A model generated the notes under the pieces. It made no database searches and was not told where the DNA came from. It saw only the letters and a list, made by a program, of their open reading frames with translations. DNA of 64,000 nt, taken from assembly GCA_040954595.2 (NCBI GenBank), contig CM082576.2, forward strand, positions 7,195,129 to 7,259,128, read 5' to 3'. Numbering within the stretch: the first letter of the stretch is position 1; each line of letters starts with the position of its first letter. A program made the position numbers and the translations under genes. Source of the DNA: Balanoglossus misakiensis. Taxonomy: Eukaryota > Animalia > Hemichordata. This document shows positions 28,401 to 41,220 of the stretch, piece by piece.

Positions 28401-31400
28401 TCGATAAAAATTTAATCTCGGATATAATTCGCGGTACTGTCTCAATTACAACACCGTTGAATTCGGCCAGTCCGCTCTGACACCGGCCATTAATAAAGTT
28501 CTCGCGGAATCGCGATTAATGCGGGACTTGGATTATGATTGATGGCCGCCGAGCCGGGGCCCGGTAACTCAGGATTATAGAATATTGCGCAGTTTTGAAG
28601 CGTGAAGCAGCTTGAATCTCACAGTGGTCAATCTAATGTATTAGGCTTACATGGAAATATATGATCGTCTGGAGACACGGAAATGCAATCCATGGTAACC
28701 CGTACCGTCTAGTCAAATTTCCGCGTTCTCATTCCTGGGCCCCTGTACATAAACGACGCTAGAATGTCATCAAAACTGCGCATGTCGTTTATGCTAATAT
28801 GTCACACTTTGTTCAGATATTTTTGCTACTATAGGAAGAGAAATAATAGTTCAAGTTAAGTATAACATACATAGATCATATGACAGCAGACGAAGATCTT
28901 GTGACAAAAACCTCGTCGGCCCAGACGTTATAAGTCCAGAATCTCGTCTTACAATGAAAATAACACGTCTAAGTTGATTTGGCACAGTCTACAAATCAAT
29001 TAGAACAAGTTTGGTATGATTTTCACAGAATTACCTAAAGCTGTTCAAAGGTTGCATAATGTCGCCGGATTGACAGATGATAGTCGACTTGCCTCGTTAT
29101 CAGTGCTGCCTTCGAAGTGCTGGGAGTGCTTTCGCGGGTAATTGGCAACATGCTCCCCGGGGAATAATCTTTAACATGTTACATAGTTAACCCGATGATC
29201 CCCGTCTTACATAATTAAATGCAAACGTGTTTTCGTGTACAGCATGCCATCCGTGTATTAAATTAGGCTTTTTTTTCTCTTTTGATGAGAAAAATGAGTG
29301 TGTGAAGAACTATCCCAGCGAGAAACCGGAAGTGGTCATCTTCCAGAAGTGGAGATGGCGGCCATATTTGATTGCCGCAATTATGGGTAAAATTGGTATG
29401 AGCAATCTACTGCTGCCATCCACACGTAAATGATTAACGTCAGTACGAGTTACATTCACTAATTGAGTGACATTAATTAGTATATCAAATGTCAACAACG
29501 TATACAACAAATAGTGATCTTCTGCATCATGCATCAGAAAGTAATGTGGGTATTGCCCAGTGTGTGCTTACACATGTTATTCGAAATGTAGCTTAGTATT
29601 TATAACATGAGCAATCACTATATCCGGCTATCATTTGCATTAAAACCCGACTCACAATTCGACCGTGTTAATTCGGCACACGTTAAAGCAATTCTTGAAA
29701 TACTTTACTAGCGCAGCAACACCTTACGTGCATGGACTGTTTCTCCTAGTCTTTACTCAGTCATATTTACTTTATCATGACTTTGCTGTGCAAACACGCT
29801 CGACCTTTGAATCCGCTCTCTGAGCGCAACACTGTCACAGGTAAATAATACTCGGGAGACTTTTACTGATGCGTCAGTAGATGGCGACTTCGAGGACGAT
29901 CGCAGCTCGATCAGTTGCCGCAGATAAAATCGTATCCGCGTCACCTTATTTTTAGCATGACATCGACCAGACGGTATCTAACCATGCGCTGTGATTGGCC
30001 TAATTCAAAATACATATTATATTTGCGCGTGTCTGTGAGCAAAACTGTTTTTTTTTCTTTTTGATTGATGAAAAACTGCACAGAGTGGACCCGCTTTCCG
30101 GGTCATAGGTCAATGTAATAACAACATCCATCTCTGTTTCATTTTGAGTAACTCTATTCTTTGATCTTTTTCAACATTTGTTTTTTCCAGGTTCCAATGA
30201 GCTACTAAATTTATACGAACTCGTTAGCTATATATTATGACCTTGATTCACATTTTTAACACGGTACTCGTTTCACTTTTCCCGCCGACATTTAATTAAC
30301 TATCCTTTACCGCCATCACAATCTTCGAGTGTGGCATCGGTTTCTACATTAATTGCATTTAAATTGTAAATGCTCATGGTAGATTTCTGTCTGATGAAAC
30401 TACTCTCACCCCTTAGAAAAAACATCTTGTTCAGCGTAACTGATTTACAGGCTCATCACTTTGCCTATATCCGAAATGACTTCCAAGTTACGATCTGCTG
30501 TCTTGCAGCGAAGTGTGCGAAGTGGGTGTTCTCAGGTGGGTCCCGAAAAGCTCGGCATAGTTCAGAGTCTAAAACGCGGTATTCAGTTCTCGCATAGAAT
30601 GTCTTGAGACGATCAAGTTCTTGAGGGAATTTTTGATCAAAAATTTCAGACATTCAGATTCACTTCTGAGGCCGCCCACGAAAGAACATTTATCTCCAGC
30701 TTCTCATCTCCATCATCCCGTGACCAGCTCCTGTGCAAATACCCAAGGCGTTTCTCTCAATTACCGACAAAAAAAACGATTCTACGCTTTACGATATTGA
30801 CGAGGTAATGGTCAGTCGGGATACTAACAATTAGGACTGGACCATCTGACGTCCCGGGGGCGTTTGGCAGATTGATTTGAAGCAGGATTTTTTATATAAA
30901 ATTAACATATTGACGGAAATCAGTTATTAACTATCTTCTGTGGTATATTCTTATTATCAGAGCAATGACCAGTCACAAACTTATCCTTGCCCCCCCCCCC
31001 CCCACAACTAAATTAAATGGTCCATCCCTACGACTTCAAATCCACGTCCGGGCTAATGAATATCCGCCATGATTTGCCCATATATTCGTACTGTCGCAGA
31101 ATTGAATAATATTGGGAAGGATAATCTATTTAATTTTGACGTCAACTGCATTTTCTTTCTAACGATATATACCGAAAATTAATCGTTCGCCGCTTTAAGA
31201 GAAAGCGGTGCTTTTCTTTTTAAACCCGACGATTTGCCCGAATGAATGAATGTGCTTGAAGGAAAGTTAGTTTCTCAGTCCTTTTGGGGCATACTGAAAA
31301 CACAAATCGAAAATCTGGCCCCATTTGTAAAACAACACACTTCGAAAGTGAGACCCACGGGACCAGGCTATATTTGGAAAGGCTGAACCGCTCATAAATC

Positions 31401-32838
31401 GTTTCATCAATGGACGTGAATAAAATGCCCAAGAGCTCGGCTTTTCCTTGCTATATCTTGGGCGTTCAATTCACAGAGAAATTCGTTTGTCGATACGGCT
31501 GAACTGAAATTATAGGCGGTCTGCAAACTGCAAGAAGCACGATAGCTTGGAACCAGTGCTTCTAATAAGAATATTTGTCGATTGATAGGTGAAAATTGTT
31601 GCGAGTAGTTTTCTTGAGTAGCCGCTACAACATGTCTATTTAGGTTTCAGTGTTCTATGCAATTTCGTACAACAGGAGAATGATTATAGAATACTAGACA
31701 ACATTACCAGTTTATTCGCAAGAGTTATTCAGGCATGCCACAATATCCCGTATCTAGAGTATTCGTCGAGGAAACAGCAGGTGTTTGTCTTGTTATGATG
31801 AATGACACAATCATGTGTATATGGGCTTGCGATCTGTGTCATTACGGATATTCCGTCAATCGATGTTGTGAATGGCCGATCGGTTGGTAAAGCTTTGGCT
31901 GGCTGAAGCCGTAAGCCTGTTGGCCACGCCTTCACGCAATCGGATGAGCGATGATTTCACTATGAACGTTCTGTTCGCCTTCAATGGCGTCAATAATAAA
32001 TTTCAAAGTTATAGCCATTGTTAGTCATTCCCGGTCCCACAAAGAAAAAAATGTGTTTTGTTGTTGATGAGCCTAGGCCATACAGCTCTATAGAAGTAGA
32101 TAGTTGCTTTACACCACGATTAATCTATGCAATATACCAGTCGGTCATATCGTTGACAAATTTATTTCGGCTGGCCAAGAAGATAAGTGAATATGAAAAA
32201 TAATGCTTATACGAGAGGCTCGTTCGCATAATTCATCATCACCATCAAATCTTGAGCCGCCCGCGTTGCATAACTACATCAACGCTAACAATTACTGCAG
32301 CGAAATCACCCAACCGAGAAAAAAATCCCCTCTGCTGCGTTTATCGGCGGTTAAAACCACCAAGATTTCATTTAAGTGTACTGCGCATAACCACTTATTT
32401 GCTTCGATCTCACCCCCATGGGCGATTGCTTTACCGCCTTGCCGACTTCCAACGAAAAGAGGAACCGATCACAAATGGGGAGCCACTCTCTAGTCGTCCC
32501 ACTCCTGCGCCGGTGTGACCTCTGACCCGCCCTTACGCAATGCATGAAAACTCCCTCAGATGACGCCTGGCCACGCTAATTGTGATCAAGCAAAGCAAAA
32601 GCAATGCGAGGACACTCAATTGACACGTAAATCGTTCAGGTCGCAATACTCGTGCGCGTTAAGAGAGAGGAGAGAGCAGCTGCAATGCTGGCGTTGTCGA
32701 CATCCGACATGGGGTGACTGCTGGGAGAAACTCGTCTGAACCATCTACAGTGTGAAATTGTCCATTGGAGTGTGTGGCCGGCCCCCGCTACCGCGCGCAA
32801 TACACATTACAATGACAAATCCCTTTCTTGTCTTCCAG

Positions 32839-33295
32839 CCCAAAGTCCAAGAAGTCAGTAACTACTTCAAGGTACTGTTTCGTTGGAAAGGCAGCGTCTA
32901 CAAGCTGCTGAGGCGAGAGTTCCTGGTGTTTCTCGGTGCTTACACGATAATCAGTCTGGTCTACAGATTCGCGCTGACTCCAGTCCAGAAGAAGACCTTC
33001 GAGGCTATATGCATCTATGCAAACGACTTCAGCAGTCTCATCCCCGTGAGTTTTGTGCTGGGCTTCTACGTGTCCGTCATCATCCACCGCTGGTGGGAGC
33101 AGTTCCTGGCCATACCCTGGCCCGACCGGCTGGTCTACAACGTGGCGGCGCACGTGGATGGCGAGGACGAGGAGGGCAAACTGCTGCGCCGGACGATGGT
33201 CCGCTACATCAACCTGTCCACCCTCCTGCTCTTCCGGGCGGTCTCACAGAGCGTCAAGAAGCGGTTTCCGACCAACTACCACGTGGTCAACGCCG
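32839..33295 (+). CDS. BEST: Bestrophin paralog B exon (TM1, TM2, RFP motif)
   Basis: ttccag|PKVQEVSNYFKVLFRWKGSVYKLL...IPVSFVLGFYV..RWWEQF...KKRFPT...NAG|gtaagt. Confidence 0.96.
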
Positions 33296-35546
33296 GTAAG
33301 TTGTCCGCTTCTTGTGTGACCCCCCCCCCCTTCGAAAATCACTTCTTCATTATTATGGCCTCGGTTCTTGGAGTTGAGCAGGTGGACAGTGATTTGTGTG
33401 GGCCTCAAAACCACTGCTTCGTAGAAAGCTCATTTGAATCCCTGCTGCCAGTGTACATGGTGTAATATCAATCCTATTCCCAAGTCTACTCTCTGTCAAT
33501 GTATACATGCCATTGAACAAACTTCTAGAAGGCGAACCAACTGCTGATTTGTTTAAAGAGGTGATAAAGCACATACAAAATACACTTCATATGCAGCGTT
33601 CACAAGTAATATTATAGTCTGACAACTTATGAGGACAAGACTATGATATTGAATAGGTCGACTCATCCTATGGTTTTAGAATTAACTGTTATTGTATCTA
33701 CTTTTTACGCTTCCAAACCATTCCTCGTGAATTACCATATCTATTATACTACGTAATGATACACAATGCAGGCATATTTTGTCGATAATCGGTCTCCTTC
33801 ACTGCAACATTTTATTCTCATGAGAAAAGAATGGTATGACGAATTTACGTATGTTAAACTCGCGGCTATTGAGTCACACTAATGACTTGACAGATATCGA
33901 CACTGCAAAGTTTGATTGTCGCTTCGTTCTTTAACCAGATGTGGCATTTTGCAGTTTGAATGTTCGGCGAGTCTACATACAGAAAGCATGTATGGACTGC
34001 ATGCACGGATTCTGATACCATGCAATGTACTTCTGTTATCATGCGCGACATCGGTGCGGGGGCCCGCTGTCTTTTAGACGAGCTGACTGCGATGCATTAT
34101 TCAGATTACCATACACCGCGCCGTGCTTTGAATACTTAGATATAGTCCTCATCGCATCTGCACCGCCTTCTTATCGAACCTGATTTTCCACCGAAAATTC
34201 TCTTATGGATTCAAGTTATTTTCCATGCGGCGTCTTCTTGTTAATTTATTCATGGGTTTGTTTATAAGTCCCCCAACGAAATGTCTTCAATTTTAGCTAC
34301 CATTTATCGCGAATTTGTCGTACGGTGTTTCGCGATGTGTCCCAAAGGCATAATGCCTCCTGTCCGGAACATTAACTCTTGTACTTTGCATACATTGCAG
34401 ACGGGATCTGCATGCCAATGATTCCAGTACCTTGTCACACGACTAACGTCTCATCGGGGATCCTTCCTGATCCTGCTATTTTTGTTTCATTTTGAGCTAT
34501 ATCTACCGCTCACTTTGTTTCTAAAATCTTCCCTGGCCTTTCGTTCAGTTGAGCAATCCCCCCCCCCCCCAAATACAAAATAGGAACCCGTACCCCAGAA
34601 CCGGATATCTTACTATGGCTTAAAATAATTATCAGGTGCAGTTAAAAAGTAATCCCGACAATTACACATCACGTCAGGCATGCTATATTGGACACTGTCA
34701 ACGTAGCTAAGATGTGAACGTTAGTTGAGGTATAAACAATGTACATGTATACTTCAAGAGCGAACTCTTGACAAAACCTGTCGTCTCAGATAACGATATG
34801 CCAGGCTATTGACATGGATCTTTCCCGGCACTCCATGGTCATCCAGTGCGGTTTAATGTCTTTTGGGCGAGGAGTAGCTGGAGTGTGCCCAAGACGTTCT
34901 CGGCGAAGCTGAGCAAACACGAGATCTTGATCTGAATGTCTGTGACGCAGTTGGTACGTGGGGGAATCGATATTACAGTCAACGCGGACATATTTGTGGA
35001 GGAATAATATTTTTTTCCGCGGGTGTTTTTGCAGATCTTGCCGATGAATACAGTGCCAGGTGTCGTTCGTCCACCAAAGCCAGATTTGTTATGTTTTCGC
35101 TCCCTGAAAAGATCCACCCACTCTAATATAAAAACCTGTCCATCGCCACGCCTCACCTATGACCCTATTCCTCCCCCGCCAGTTGAAGGAGCGCAAGGCT
35201 ATACTAAAGCGAAGCCAGCCAACTGACGATCAGCTTAACAATAACGGAGATCAATCAACCGATCAGCGAATGTGAACTGTTCTAGACACGCAGTGACGGG
35301 CCTGTTTTGTTCTCTGTATCTTAGTCAGTGATTCAAACTTTGATCTCAGTTTGAGCTATATGAATTATTTATATCGTCATTACATTTACATGCATGTGGG
35401 TGTTATTTATTATGTTGGTTATTATTTTGTTCCACGCGCAATTATTTCCGCAGTCGTGCATTTTAATTCTCTTTTTAGTCGCCGGTTCCATGGTAAGCAA
35501 AACATAACGTCTATAATTATAATCGTGGTCACGAAGTATGCGGATG

Positions 35547-35693
35547 TTAAAGGGCCACTATCTACAATTTTTTGTTATTTAAAAGTGTTTTTTCTCAACA
35601 TTTAACCAAGCTGTTCGTTTGGACTGGACGTAAGCCTAATGTTCGTACACACGAAATTACGCACATGCGCATAAGACGCCCGTCGGCCTCTAA
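35547..35693. mobile_element. Degenerate TTAA-flanked MITE-like fragment related to the 38203 element
   Basis: Begins TTAAAGGGCCACTATCT (also at 24243) and contains CACGAAATTACGCACATGCGCATAAGACG, the reverse complement of part of 38203-38281. Confidence 0.5.
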
Positions 35694-36627
35694 GTTGTTT
35701 CCCCCGTTGGACGTGATACTGAATGCCCATGGACCACCTGTACATGTGTAATGAGATATAATTCAATTATCAACGACAGAGAAAGAACGAAAAAGTCATT
35801 ACAAATATCGTTACGAGATCTTCCATTCACCGGGTTCTGTTTTCAGCGAGACACACCTGATCTTGAAGTCGTTGCCCTGAGGCAACTGTCTGTAGCTAGA
35901 CTATAGGTTAGTGAACTTTCGTGGGATTGATTATACCCGTCAGGTAAAGCAGCACAGATGAAATCTTACGATGTGTGCTACGAGCACTTTATCCAATTTG
36001 CATATACCGCGTACAACCAATTTGTGTCCGTCGGTATGGAGATTTCTTCGTGATCAAGTTATTTATAATAAAACATTTGCCTGGCGCCGGCAGTGAAATT
36101 GTTTGATTCACAAAACGTTGATGTGGGTAAAGTGACTATTAAATAGATTTGTTGTGTGGCCGAAAGGCTTTTCCGCACATTTCTTTAGCCTGGAAACCTC
36201 TTAATTTTCTGGAAGCCTTCCAGAGAAAACAAGTCCTCAGTCGTCTAAATTGTGAGTATGATGACTTCAACGGAACACGGCCATTACTCTCCTTCAACGG
36301 GACAAAAGTCATGATTTTTTGTTGCTGCGTCGCTTACTAGTTTCTTCCGCGGTTGAAAGGGTTGTCCGTGATTGTAATGGCTCAGGAGATCTCGTCCGCC
36401 ATTTAGGACTTCGGCTCGTGTAACACGTATTTCATAAAGGTTTGACTTCCGCAAAGAGCGGGAAGATTCAGATTCAGAAGCATTTCTGAAAATCCAGAGC
36501 CGCGGTAGCTCTCTGCGTCAACATTAACCGATGTGAGATTTCAGTGTTTCAACTTTTAATTAGTCCAAAGCCACTAATCCAATTACTAATAGGCTTCATT
36601 GGTGCTTTTGCATTTTAAACATTTCAG

Positions 36628-36782
36628 GTTTCATGACGGACGAAGAGCGGAAGGCGTACGAGGAGATACCGTCCCAGCATGCTAAGTACTGGGTGCCGTG
36701 CATCTGGTTTATCAATCTCGTTCGCCGTGCCCGGGTGGAAGGGCGGATAGCCGGAGCCCCCGCCGTCAAAAGTATCATAGAC
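36628..36782 (+). CDS. BEST: Bestrophin paralog B exon (155 nt)
   Basis: ttcag|(G)FMTDEERKAYEEIPSQHAKYWVPCIWFINLVRRARVEGRIAGAPAVKSIID|gtaagt. Confidence 0.96.
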
Positions 36783-38202
36783 GTAAGTTAAGGGACTGGC
36801 CAATTCCTTCGGCCTGGGAGGGGACGGTGGATTCATGGTGGCTGTCACCTTGTTTTAGAATTGTGTGACCGGGGGGGGGGGGTCATCACCAACTTTTCCA
36901 TGTTCAATGGGGGTCAGTCACTTTTTGATATCCACAAAATAGAATCCACCCCCAGGCCGAAGATTTTTACACATTTTGATGAAGTCTGTTTATTCAGGTT
37001 CCCCTGGGCCCCTTTTTAGTACCGGTCTTCACGACGTCATTCTGCTTTAGTAAAAGTAATGCAAACATTACTTTGAACGTATTTGCGTATGGGTAATAAA
37101 TAGTGTATTTAGCGAATGTGTCATTGCCAAGTGGGAAGGTCACGTCGATTTGTTCGTCTCCTACAAGCAGGACAAGAACAGCGCCACCACAAAACTATCA
37201 CAGAGGAGAAACAATTCTCATTTTGCCTCCTTGAGCGCTGCAAGTAAAGATGTCAGGATTGTTTGGCGCCATTTCATAAGTGCTGACAAAGTATACGACG
37301 TGTTCAATTCATGATCGGTTATTACCTCTCCTTTTCGCGAAGAATGAGTCGTTCATACCAGAATGATTGGCGTGTTACCATTTGCCGAACTGAAGTAGCA
37401 TTGCGTGCGTCAACGTCGCGTCGCGTCGTCAAAACAAGATGGCCGACTTTACGTTGATCATGACATTTCAACCAACGTAGCGCTTGTCACAGTTACGGGT
37501 CTTAGCGCCATTTTTCATGTTCCCGTCTTTAATATATTAATGTTTTTTTTCATTTCCCGGTCTAAATATAAGCCTGATACAAAACGCGAAAGTCTGTCAA
37601 ACCATGCAGAAAGTTCAGTTCCGGTTGACATCATTTTGTGAATGGCATTGTAATCATGAAAATGCGTCAGAGCCTGAGAGAAGAAAGGCCACATCATCTT
37701 GGTATTCATCATTTTTTTATTTATTTATTTCACCATTGCGCCGGAGCATAGTAGAACACCTTGAAAGATAGATGGATTTAATATGAATTCTGGGAAAGTA
37801 CCGTTTGAGAAGCCTATATGTATGTTAAAAGTGGTGCTGATTTTCAAGTGTGGCTGGCCTCTGGAGTTCACTGCTCTAGGACCATAGCTACAGCTTGCCA
37901 CGAATATGGAAATTGCATCCGCATAGCATGACCACTCTTCAAATAAAAACTCAACGACATCCGGAAATCTGTGGCGTGGCACGGCAAGAAACAAACGCAC
38001 TGCCGGCTACAGGTATTTTAGTGCTTAACGCAGCTCTAAAACCAAAGAGTCGAACTTCCTACGTACATTAGCGACCATGGAGATGCATTTGGCGGATATG
38101 AGGGTAATCCTGTGAGATGTCGCCATGCCTCCGTGACATTTTAGTGCTTTTGGAGTCAAAACGCTTCTCGTCATCGGCTACATGGGTGCATGTATTGATG
38201 CA

Positions 38203-38281
38203 TTAAGGTCGACGATCGTCTTATGCGCATGTGGTAATTTCGTGGCACGCACATGCGCATAAGGCGATCGTCCCCCTTTAA
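38203..38281. mobile_element. Miniature inverted-repeat element bounded by TTAA
   Basis: TTAAGG-GACGATCGTCTTATGCGCATGTG ... CACATGCGCATAAGGCGATCGTC-CCTTTAA: 23-bp near-perfect arms with TTAA at both ends (Kolobok/piggyBac-type target site). Confidence 0.65.
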
Positions 38282-39122
38282 CATGGGCGCTGAAGTCATT
38301 ATTAAAAACGGTTACCATAGTAACCTGTTGGGTTAAAGGAGTGAAGCAATTGAGACTTCAAGAAAAACAAGAGAGGAAATTTCTCTCGTAAAAATTGCTT
38401 CCAAACATAACAATTTCTTGGGATTATGGACTTTAACCTTTTTGGTCGCTAAAGTCACTTTGTATGCCAGTGAAGTACTGACATTAAACACTGCTGAAAT
38501 AATGAAGAGTGAGAGTTCTGTAATTTTGGCAATTTTGCAATCACCGTATAAAAAACGGTTCTTATTTTTCTTTGCCTTCTTTGGAGGAAATTGTCTGAAT
38601 TGCCTGAAACAGCACGAAATGAAATTGACTGCCTTTGCACCGTGAGTTAATGGTTTGTCTAATAAAAGGAATTGGTCTTAAAGAGCTGTTACTGGTGTAC
38701 ATGTGTTGCCAATAGTGATGCCAGCGTCTTCCGCTTTTTCGTTGTCCCGTGTTCGTTTTACTTCGACTGACTTCAGGCTTCAAATTACTCCGCGGCGGCC
38801 AGCGCGTTGCCGAGGAGAATTGCCAAAATCAAAGAAATGCATGGGGGGGGGGGGGGTGTAGGACTAATGCAATTCGAACTGACGCATTTTTTCGCGCCAT
38901 TGGCAACGTGTCGATTCCTATGTAATGCGCACCGATCGTGTGGTGAACGTGGTAAGGACTCTCTGCATAATTCCCACCTCAACTCCAGTTTAACGACACT
39001 GACGTCATTCAACTCAGACGATTTCACATCTGTCGATGTAAAGATATTTTCCCGCCCCCAGTGAGTATTGATCTATCTGCTATGAATATGTCTTCTTACG
39101 GTGACCTTTCAATCGTTTGCAG

Positions 39123-39200
39123 GAAGTGAACCACTTTCACGACCAATGCGATGGCATTTTCGGATTTGACTGGGTCAGCGTCCCACTCGTCTACACACAG
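39123..39200 (+). CDS. BEST: Bestrophin paralog B exon (78 nt)
   Basis: tgcag|EVNHFHDQCDGIFGFDWVSVPLVYTQ|gtaact. Confidence 0.97.
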
Positions 39201-39884
39201 GTAACTATAAATCAGTAAACGTAATATATTTATTCAAAAATCAAGCGTAGCTTATGTGAAGTTTCTGACAACATATTTAAATCGCAAATTTTACACCAAA
39301 ACTAGGCTATATATCCCTGGATAGCCCTTTCCATAAGTTTTATTGATTGTGGCCAAGTATCTGTTCCACGGTATGCTCTTGTAATGATAAGTGTTCACCG
39401 CCATATTCAAATTTCTGTGTAAGAATATCTAGAAAACGATTCGAACAATTTTGTGATTTAAAAATATCGAAAAAAGTATAAATCAACTTAGCAATATCAC
39501 GAGATATAATTATCAGGCTCGCATTTCGGTAGACCAAAAAAATGCTGAAAATTTTGCGAGTCCGATGGGACTTTTGCGACTTGATTAATGCGCGGAGCCT
39601 TAACAGCGTTTATGATTGATGACGCTGCGTTGATTAAGAAGTGCCACTTAATTAGAGTTAATTATAAAAGCCGAACTTTCGACCCTCGATTTATACGGAC
39701 GATTGTTTGGATGCGCAGTTTTTGGGATTAGAGTTATTTAAAGCCCGTGGGCCTTCGTGTATTCATGCATTTTTCATTTCACAGGATATCATTCAATTTT
39801 ACTTCACTGTGTTTATACACAAAAAAAGTCGCACATGCGCAGTTCAGACGACCTTCCCCTTTGAAACGGCTTATTTTTTTACAG

Positions 39885-40046
39885 GTCGTGACGATAGCCG
39901 TGTACACATACTTCTTGGCGTGTCTCTTTGGAAGGCAGTATTTAGACCCGAATGCAGGCTACAAGGGCAAGCCCACCAACAGCGCTGATCTCTACATTCC
40001 TGTATTTACACTTTTACAGTTTTTATTCTATTTTGGTTGGTTAAAG
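39885..40046 (+). CDS. BEST: Bestrophin paralog B exon (TM3-TM4, 162 nt)
   Basis: tacag|[21 protein letters not shown]...[18 protein letters not shown]|gtaagt. The loop is 5 aa shorter than in paralog A. Confidence 0.97.
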
Positions 40047-40188
40047 GTAAGTTTCCACCCATTTTAAAGCTTTATCACAGGGAGAAAATCGTGACTTCTG
40101 ATTTTTTGCCTCTTAGACTAGTTCGTCGTTGGCGGCGCTTGGTGATTTGCAGATTCAGTGAAAGTGACCAGTTTGATTGTCATTTCAG

Positions 40189-40269
40189 GTGGCAGAAGAT
40201 ATCATGGACCCGTTCGGTGAAGATGACGATGATTTTGAGATGAATCTTATCGTCGATAGAAACCTACAG
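40189..40269 (+). CDS. BEST: Bestrophin paralog B exon (Ca2+ clasp, 81 nt)
   Basis: ttcag|[27 protein letters not shown]|gtgaga. Confidence 0.98.
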
Positions 40270-40549
40270 GTGAGAAAATGTGAACTAAATGCGAACAAGA
40301 TACTATAAACAGCGTCTCAGGACCCCCAACTATAGGTAAACCACAGTCACAATGAAGTATCGACGGGTGAAAACACATTCTCCACCAAGATTTACCATCA
40401 CTACATGTAAAAAAAGCCCACATCAATGCATGCTTGAAATTCGTATGTCCAGAAGAAAGAATCTACGAGATATATTCAAACTTAATCGCAGGAATGATTG
40501 TAACACTTTTATAACTAAATTAACGATATCTTCAATAATTTTGTTACAG

Positions 40550-40701
40550 CTCAGCTATCTGGCAGTCGATGATCTCTTCACAGCTACATTTCCGCTGGTG
40601 AAGGATTTGCACTACGGTGATCCAGATCCAGAAATCCCGTACACTAAAGCGTCCATCAAAAGTAAAGTTAACCCTTGGCCGGGATCGGCGGCGAGAATGA
40701 A
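40550..40701 (+). CDS. BEST: Bestrophin paralog B exon (152 nt)
   Basis: tacag|LSYLAVDDLF...EIPYTKASIKSKVNPWPGSAARM(N)|gtgagt. Confidence 0.94.
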
Positions 40702-40904
40702 GTGAGTATGCCCGTCACGTCATCGTAATAAACTCAGAGTTTACCGACGCTGATGATTGTGCGCTTTACGGCGACACACGCCTTGCAATATCAAACCATT
40801 TAGGCGAAATGCCCACATGTCATGTTCATTCGTACATTCGATTCATTCTTTCACTATTTAAATGTTCCAAGAAACTTGAAAGTGTTATCTGTTTCTCACT
40901 TCAG

Positions 40905-41220
40905 TATATCCAAAAGGGGAATGGCAATAGCTGAATTGTCAGCGCCACACATACGGATGCATCATAACCATGACAACCAGCGGGGACACCGGCCTTCCGC
41001 ATCGGCGTCGCCTGCCAAGGCGGACTGCCTCCACGGGCACGAGTGCAGCGAGTTGCTGTCGGAAGCCGAGAACCCAAAGCTACAGCCTCGGTCGAAGGGC
41101 GGTGAGGCACGCGACAAGGAGAAACCTCGGGTAAAGGCAAGGGCGGGAAACGGTGATCGCGAAAAGAAGCGGACAGTATCAATGTCTTCCAATAACAAAT
41201 GCTCCAAGTGCCATGAATGA
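40905..41220 (+). CDS. BEST: Bestrophin paralog B last coding exon (ends KCSKCHE*)
   Basis: cttcag|T completes the phase-2 Asn codon, and the frame is open to TGA at 41218-41220. About 478 aa in total with the candidate first exon. Confidence 0.82.
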
